DNA of 64,000 nt from Longimicrobiales bacterium (lineage in GTDB: Bacteria > Gemmatimonadota > Gemmatimonadetes > Longimicrobiales > Gaopeijiaceae), in contig CBDAON010000004.1 of NCBI GenBank assembly GCA_965198065.1, positions 2,720,001 to 2,784,000 on the forward strand, written 5' to 3'. The stretch's first letter is position 1. Each line of letters begins with the position of its first letter. The translations under genes were made by a program, and so were the position numbers. Of this stretch, positions 59,537-64,000 are shown one piece after another. The notes beneath the pieces were generated by a model. The model saw nothing but the letters and a program-made list of their open reading frames with translations. It made no database searches and was not told where the DNA came from.

Positions 59537-60883
59537 ATGGAAGGCGCGCGGCTGCATCGATGGACGCTCGTGCTTACGATCGCGGCGACCGCGGCGCTTG
59601 GAGAGGCCCTCTCCGCGCAGATGACCGACGGGCAGGTCACGTTTGCGGAGGACGTCGCCTCCATCATCCAGGAGAACTGCCAGATCTGCCACCAGCCGGG
59701 TGGGATTGGGCCGATGGCGCTCAGGAGCTATGAGGAGATCCGTCCGTGGGCTCCGATGATCCGCGAGAGGGTCGCCAGCCACACGATGCCTCCCTACGCG
59801 TATGACAGGGACGTAGGCATCCAGGATCTGCAGCAGGACTGGCGGCTTTCCGAGGAAGAGATCCAGACGATCGTGGCCTGGGTCGATCAGGGTGCGGCGC
59901 TAGGCGATCCGGCGAACCTGCCTCCGCCGATCCAGCTTGCGAGCGCGGATGATTGGAGGATGGCCGCCGAGTTCGGACCTCCGGACATCGTGGTCGGCAC
60001 GCCGGGGATCGAGGTGCCGGCGGCCGGGAACGACATGTGGTATTCGCCGATCATGCCGACGGACCTCGCGGAGGAGCGCTGCATCAAGGCGCTGCAGGTG
60101 AAGCCCGGGGCCGGCAACGCGAAGTCGGTCGTCCACCACGCGAACTCGAGCTTCCAGCTCCTGCAGGAGGACGGCACGTACGAGAGCGCGGGTCGCTCGA
60201 CAGAGTACGCGATGGGCAAGTTCGGTGAGATCCTGCCTGAGGGCACGTGCCGGACGATTCCCGCGGAGGCGTGGGTCTCCTGGTCCATCCACCTCTTCCC
60301 CGGTGGGGTCGGAGGAGGCGCGACGGGCGAGGCGATCGACGGCAACATCGTCGAGCTCGGCATCTGGCTGCACCCCGCAGATTACGAGTGGGAGCACAAG
60401 CAGACTCTGTCGCTCTACGGGGGCCGCGAGGGGGAGTTGGTCATGCCTCCGCACGGTACGGCCATGACGCTCGGGTATCACTCGTTCGACACCCCGGTGC
60501 GGATCGACCAGTTCCAGCCCCACGGGCACCTGAGGCTGCTCCACGCGTCGCTCGAGGTCTTCTATCCGGAGACCGGGGAGACCGAAGTGATCAGCATGAT
60601 CACGAACTGGAGCGCCACGTGGCATCACAGCCACATTTATGGCGACGACTCGGCCCCGCTCGTTCCGGCGGGCGCGATTCTGATCGTCAAGCAGTGGTAC
60701 GACAACACGGTCAATCACCCGAACAACCCCGACCCGGATCAGTGGGTCGCGGGCGGGAGCCGGACGGCCGACGAGATGTCGCACGCGTGGATCGGGATCA
60801 CGCACCTGGACGAGGAGGGCTACGAGAGACTTCTCGCCGAGCGTGAGGGACGCCAGGACACGGTCGCGCAGGCCGGGAACTGA
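59537..60883 (+). CDS. Cytochrome c (CxxCH) - copper type II monooxygenase (PHM/DBH-like) fusion, copy 1
   Basis: Signal LSA-Q; CQICH; VVHHAN, WSIHLF, QPHGHL, GGSRTADEM. Confidence 0.82.
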   Translation: MEGARLHRWTLVLTIAATAALGEALSAQMTDGQVTFAEDVASIIQENCQICHQPGGIGPMALRSYEEIRPWAPMIRERVASHTMPPYAYDRDVGIQDLQQDWRLSEEEIQTIVAWVDQGAALGDPANLPPPIQLASADDWRMAAEFGPPDIVVGTPGIEVPAAGNDMWYSPIMPTDLAEERCIKALQVKPGAGNAKSVVHHANSSFQLLQEDGTYESAGRSTEYAMGKFGEILPEGTCRTIPAEAWVSWSIHLFPGGVGGGATGEAIDGNIVELGIWLHPADYEWEHKQTLSLYGGREGELVMPPHGTAMTLGYHSFDTPVRIDQFQPHGHLRLLHASLEVFYPETGETEVISMITNWSATWHHSHIYGDDSAPLVPAGAILIVKQWYDNTVNHPNNPDPDQWVAGGSRTADEMSHAWIGITHLDEEGYERLLAEREGRQDTVAQAGN

Positions 60884-60924
60884 TCGACGGAAGGCACAGC
60901 AGTTGCCGAGAAGTCTGGAGTCAT

Positions 60925-60980
60925 ACGATGGGGATCGAAGGAGTCGCCTGAGCTGCCTCGGGTCCTTCGGTCCCCGTCGT
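60925..60980 (+). terminator. Stem-loop downstream of copy 1
   Basis: acgatggggatcgaagga...tccttcggtccccgtcgt; homologous to the hairpin after copy 2. Confidence 0.55.
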
Positions 60981-61025
60981 TCTGTGTCAGCGTGCGTTAA
61001 GTGCGCGCCGGATAAGGAGTTCCTC

Positions 61026-61982
61026 ATGACCCGGTTTCGTTCCACCCGCGGCGTGACGATGGTCGCGCTTCTCCTCTGTGCTGGCTCCGCAGTAGCGGAG
61101 GCCGCGGAGGCCCAGGCAATGCCCCTTCGGCCCAATCCGCTGAATGGATACGTGATCGCGCCGTTCATGGAGGGGTGGTACGACAACGGCGACGGGACGT
61201 ACACGATCTCGTTCGGCTACCTCAATCGGAACGAAGACGTTGTCGAGATTCCTGTTGGCGAGAACAACTTCATCGAGCCGGCGCAGTTCGACGGGATGCA
61301 GCCGACGGTGTTCGATACCGGACATCCGCGGGGGATCTTTACCGTGACGCTTCCGGCGGGCATGGCCGAGACGGACGTGTGGTGGACGATCCGTTACCCG
61401 GACGGCGAGGAGGCGCGTGTGCCGGGGCGTATCGGCTCCGGGGCGTATCAGCTGGACTACTTTCCGCGGCCCCACGGCACGGTGGCCCCGGTCATCTGGT
61501 TCGAGGAGGGTGGTGAGACCGGACAGTGGCCGGCCGGGGTCGCGTCGAGCAGTGTGGAGACGACGAGCGTAGGGGAGCTTCTCACCCTCACGGTGAGCGG
61601 GGAGGACGTGTCCGAACGCGATCCGGAGGACACACGCGTCGAGGAGGGGCCCATCGCGCTCACGTTTACATGGGCCAAGCACCAGGGTCCCCCGGGCGAG
61701 GTCGAATGGGTACGGCACCCCTCGACTCCAATACCCGAGCCCGATCCCCCCGACGGCAGGGCGGGCGGACCCGGTGGTGGAGACGACGACGAGCCCCCCC
61801 CTCCCGAAGTTATCACGCTCGAGGAGGGGAGTGGCACGGTGCTGGTCCAGGCTCGTTTCAGCTCGCCCGGCGTGTACTTGCTTAGGGTCCGGGCGGACCA
61901 GTTCGGTTCGGCCACCGACAGCGGCGCCGGAGGGCAGTGCTGCTGGACGAATGGCTATGTAACGGTCTCCGTGACCCCCTAG
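61026..61982 (+). CDS. Secreted hypothetical protein (Ig/PKD-like, C-terminal CCWTN)
   Basis: Signal AEA-Q; P..EGWY.N.DG..T..FGY.NRN; QCCWTNGYV.V; RBS AAGGAG. Confidence 0.75.
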   Translation: MTRFRSTRGVTMVALLLCAGSAVAEAAEAQAMPLRPNPLNGYVIAPFMEGWYDNGDGTYTISFGYLNRNEDVVEIPVGENNFIEPAQFDGMQPTVFDTGHPRGIFTVTLPAGMAETDVWWTIRYPDGEEARVPGRIGSGAYQLDYFPRPHGTVAPVIWFEEGGETGQWPAGVASSSVETTSVGELLTLTVSGEDVSERDPEDTRVEEGPIALTFTWAKHQGPPGEVEWVRHPSTPIPEPDPPDGRAGGPGGGDDDEPPPPEVITLEEGSGTVLVQARFSSPGVYLLRVRADQFGSATDSGAGGQCCWTNGYVTVSVTP

Positions 61983-62022
61983 GGGGGGCCGCCCGGCTCG
62001 AAAGCTTGGTAAGTACAAAGTG

Positions 62023-62174
62023 TTGTGCACCAGCGCGGGCCAGCTTATAATGATGCATTATGCAGCGTTCCGTCGACCGATCGATTTCGAATCGGCTGCC
62101 GGAGGGCGGTGGTGTAGTGTAAAATACGCTTACGTGGTTTAGTGTTTCACCCTTCGCTTCGGAGGAGGCGCAAC
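62023..62174 (+). promoter_or_regulatory. Promoter and ~120-nt structured leader of copy 2
   Basis: TTGTGC-N17-TATAAT; leader homologous to 63666-63824. Confidence 0.65.
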
Positions 62175-63530
62175 ATGGAAGGCACGCGGCTGCATCGATG
62201 GACGCTCGTGCTTACGATCGCGGCGACGGCGGTGCTCGGAGAGGCCCTCTCCGCGCAGATGACCGACGGGCAGGTCACGTTTGCGGAGGATGTCGCCACC
62301 ATCATCCAAGAGAACTGTCAGATCTGCCACCAGCCGGGTGGGATCGGGCCGATGGCGCTCAGGAGCTATGAGGAGGTCCGTCCGTGGGCTCCGATGATCC
62401 GCGAGAGGGTCGCCAGCCACGAGATGCCTCCCTACGCCTATGACAGGGACATCGGCATCCAGGATCTGCAGCAGGACTGGCGGCTTTCCGAAGAAGAGAT
62501 CGCGACGATCGTGGCCTGGGTCGATCAGGGCGCGGCGCTAGGCGATCCGGCGAACCTGCCTCCGCCGATCCAGCTTGCGAGCGCGGATGAGTGGAGGATG
62601 GCCGCCGAGTTCGGACCTCCGGACATCGTGGTCGGCACGCCGGGGATTATCGAGGTGCCGACGGCCGGGAACGACATGTGGTATTCGCCGATCATGCCGA
62701 CGGACCTCGCGGAGGAGCGCTGCATCAAGGCGCTGCAGGTGAAGCCCGGGGTCGGCAACGCGAAGTCGGTCGTCCACCACGCCAACTCGACGTTCCAGCT
62801 CCTGCTGGAGGACGGCACGTACGAGCGGGCGGGTCGCTCGACAGAGTACGCGATGGGCAAGTTCGGTGAGATCCTTCCTGAGGGCACGTGCCGGACGATT
62901 CCCGCGGAGGCGTGGGTCTCCTGGTCCATCCACCTCTTCCCCGGTGGGGTCGGGGGAGGCGCGACGGGCGAGGCGATCGAGGGCAACATCGTCGAGCTCG
63001 GCATCTGGCTACACCCCGCGGATTACGAGTGGGAGTACAAGCAAGATCTGAACTCTTACTCAGCACAGAGGAGCGGTGGGGAGCTGGTCATGCCTCCGCA
63101 CGGCACGGCCATGACGACCGGGTATCACTCGTTCGACCACCCGGTGCGGATCGACCAGTTCCAGCCCCACGGGCACCTGAGGCTGCTCCACGCGTCGCTC
63201 GAGGTCTTCTATCCGGAGACCAGGCGGACCGAAGTGATCAGCATGGTCACGAACTGGAGCGCCACGTGGCATCACAGCCACATTTATGGCGACGACTCGG
63301 CCCCGCTCGTTCCGGCGGGCGCGGTTCTGATCGTCAAGCAGTGGTATGACAACACGGTCAATCACCCGAACAACCCCGACCCGGATCAGTGGGTCGCCGG
63401 GGGTAGCCGGACGGCCGACGAGATGTCGCACGCGTGGATCGGGCTTACCCACCTGGACGAGGAGGGCTACGAGAGACTTCTCGCCGAGCGTGAGGGACGC
63501 CAGGACACGGTCGCGCAGGCCGGGAACTAG
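62175..63530 (+). CDS. Cytochrome c - copper type II monooxygenase fusion, copy 2
   Basis: Near-identical to copy 1; all haem and Cu motifs retained. Confidence 0.82.
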   Translation: MEGTRLHRWTLVLTIAATAVLGEALSAQMTDGQVTFAEDVATIIQENCQICHQPGGIGPMALRSYEEVRPWAPMIRERVASHEMPPYAYDRDIGIQDLQQDWRLSEEEIATIVAWVDQGAALGDPANLPPPIQLASADEWRMAAEFGPPDIVVGTPGIIEVPTAGNDMWYSPIMPTDLAEERCIKALQVKPGVGNAKSVVHHANSTFQLLLEDGTYERAGRSTEYAMGKFGEILPEGTCRTIPAEAWVSWSIHLFPGGVGGGATGEAIEGNIVELGIWLHPADYEWEYKQDLNSYSAQRSGGELVMPPHGTAMTTGYHSFDHPVRIDQFQPHGHLRLLHASLEVFYPETRRTEVISMVTNWSATWHHSHIYGDDSAPLVPAGAVLIVKQWYDNTVNHPNNPDPDQWVAGGSRTADEMSHAWIGLTHLDEEGYERLLAEREGRQDTVAQAGN

Positions 63531-63571
63531 AGGCGCGCGACGAAGGTCGTTCTTCTCCGTCGTCGAAGTCT

Positions 63572-63618
63572 CGGGATGGGGATCGAGGGAGCTCTCCCTC
63601 GGTCCCCATCCTGCTTTT
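63572..63618 (+). terminator. Rho-independent terminator after copy 2
   Basis: cgggatggggatcgagggag-ct-ctccctcggtccccatcctg followed by ctttt. Confidence 0.75.
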
Positions 63619-63665
63619 GCGCCACTCTTGCGTGTCCTGCCCAGCAGCTTGGTAAATACCAACTG

Positions 63666-63824
63666 TTGCGTAGTAACGCGGGCCAGCCTATACTGATGCA
63701 TTGTGCAGTCGTCCGTTGATCGATCGCGTCTCGGATCGGTCGGCCGGATGGCGGTGGTGTAGTTTACAATACGGTTACGTGGTGGTTTAGTGTTTTTACC
63801 CCTCGCTTCGGAGGAGGCGAAACC
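63666..63824 (+). promoter_or_regulatory. Promoter and structured leader of copy 3
   Basis: TTGCGT-N17-TATACT; hairpin gtcgtccgttgatcgatc...gatcggtcggccggatggc. Confidence 0.65.
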
Positions 63825-64000
63825 ATGGAAGGCACGCGTTTGCATCGATGGACGCTGGCGCTTGCGATCGTGGCGACCGCGGTGCTCGGAGAGGCCCTCT
63901 CCGCGCAGATGACCGACGGGCAGGTCACGTTTGCGGAGGACGTCGCCTCCATCATCCAGGAGAACTGTCAGATCTGCCACCAGCCGGGTGGGATTGGGCC
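63825..64000 (+). CDS. Cytochrome c - copper monooxygenase fusion, copy 3 (runs off window)
   Basis: MEGTRLHRWTLALAIV...ENCQICHQPGGIG. Confidence 0.8.
   Translation, partial: MEGTRLHRWTLALAIVATAVLGEALSAQMTDGQVTFAEDVASIIQENCQICHQPGGIG

Noticed and set aside
1..64000. CRISPR array or cas genes
   Set aside because: No regularly spaced 25-45 bp direct repeats and no Cas-like ORF seen
59537..64000. Diversity-generating retroelement behind the monooxygenase variation
   Set aside because: No reverse transcriptase in the window; differences include indels and are not adenine-specific; the repeats are whole genes

Overview
High-GC bacterial window. The gene content (DUF5916 barrels, PQQ propellers, NHL proteins, duplicated ABC permease) resembles Gemmatimonadota/Acidobacteriota; that assignment is inference only. 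The left end (1-5.4 kb) looks like the right flank of an island integrated at tRNA-Cys: a 3' tRNA-Cys fragment follows a ~170-bp arm that recurs 4 kb upstream. The 1-33 kb region holds transport, stress and housekeeping genes, many of them damaged. Three genes are scrambled by 25-60 bp micro-inversions that put conserved motifs on the wrong strand. The 36-49 kb region has PQQ dehydrogenases and DUF5916 paralogues, one split by a 2654-bp IS1595-family element with passenger ORFs, 25-bp TIRs and an 8-bp TSD. The most notable system is at 56-64 kb. Two exported NHL-propeller proteins, one keeping the PAL-type catalytic residues and one lacking them, sit divergently from at least three near-identical exported PHM/DBH-type copper monooxygenases, each fused to a CxxCH haem-c domain. 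This is a candidate bacterial periplasmic 'split PAM' hydroxylase/lyase system. No CRISPR array, rRNA or complete tRNA was seen. All family assignments come from motif recognition by eye, not from database searches.
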